A program made the translations under genes and the position numbers. Under the pieces are notes generated by a model that was not told the DNA's origin, did not search any database, and saw only the letters and a list, made by a program, of their open reading frames with translations. 64,000 bases of DNA from Malacoraja senta (lineage: Eukaryota), in the NCBI GenBank assembly GCA_038087875.1, contig CM076000.1, forward strand, positions 2,356,001-2,420,000. Reading direction: 5' to 3'. Shown here one piece after another: positions 63,315-64,000 of this stretch; position 1 is the stretch's first letter, and each line of letters begins with the position of its first letter.

Positions 63315-63793
63315 AATTAGAGAATTGTGGACGCAGCCCAAATTATCACGCAAACCCACCTACCTTCCAAAGACTCCATCTACACCACGCTGCCTCGGCA
63401 ACACCCCCAGCATAATCGAGGACAAGTCTCACCATGGATATTCCATCTTCTCCCCTCTCCCATCAGGCAAGAGGTACAGAAGTGTGAAAATGCACACCTA
63501 CAGATTCAGGGACAGTTTCTTTCTAGCTGTTACCAGGCAACTGAACAATCCTATCACCAACTAGAGAGTGGTCCTGAGCTATTATCACTGGAGACCCCCG
63601 GACTTTCTTTAATCGGACTTTACTGGACTTTATCTTGCACTAAACGTTATTTCCTTTATTATGTATCTGTACGCTGTGGGCAGCTCAACAGTAATTATGC
63701 ACAGTCTTTCCGCTGACTTGTTAACAACAAAAAGCTTTTCACTGTGCTTCGGTACACATGACAATAGACTACACTAAACTAAGCCAAACTAAA
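63315..63793 (+). mobile_element. Rex1/Babar LINE 3' fragment
   Basis: SIIEDKSHHGYSIFSPLPSGKRYRSVKMHTYRFRDSFF followed by the tail. Confidence 0.8.
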
Positions 63794-64000
63794 CCAGCCC
63801 AGGCTCCATTTTACTAATTCTATCTCATTCACATCCAGGAATCAGTGCCAAAATTGGAAGGGTTCTCTGATAACCTGAGAGTAGGCACTGGAGGCCAATT
63901 CACTGGATGTTTTCAAGAGAGAGATATAGCTCTTTGGGCTAATGGAATCAAGGGATATGGGAGGAAAGCAGGAACGGGATACTGATTTTGGATGATCAGC

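Overview
Eukaryotic, repeat-dominated DNA with no supportable host protein-coding exon, so it is probably intergenic or deep intronic. The HE1-type tRNA/V-SINEs, CR1-clade HER1-type LINEs and abundant Penelope remnants point to a cartilaginous fish, probably a skate or ray (inference). Retroelements present: an uninterrupted L2/Crack-type RT frame (1-1014, minus), two related Gypsy LTR elements, a DIRS tyrosine-recombinase 3' end, a Penelope insertion, and Tx1 and Rex1/Babar fragments. One Gypsy copy has essentially identical LTRs but broken genes; the other is tiny and internally permuted. DNA transposons present: two non-autonomous Helitrons carrying satellites, a Tc1 element split by a satellite insertion flanked by a 63-bp duplication, a DUF659-like hAT element, and Harbinger and Tigger-like MITEs. 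There is also a 200-N assembly gap. The most notable signal is a dispersed family of Penelope-derived, often palindromic elements carrying minimal hammerhead ribozyme cores (CTGAAGA-stem-GAAA). Nearly all ORFs in the supplied track are repeat-derived or spurious. All family names come from motif recognition, not from database searches.
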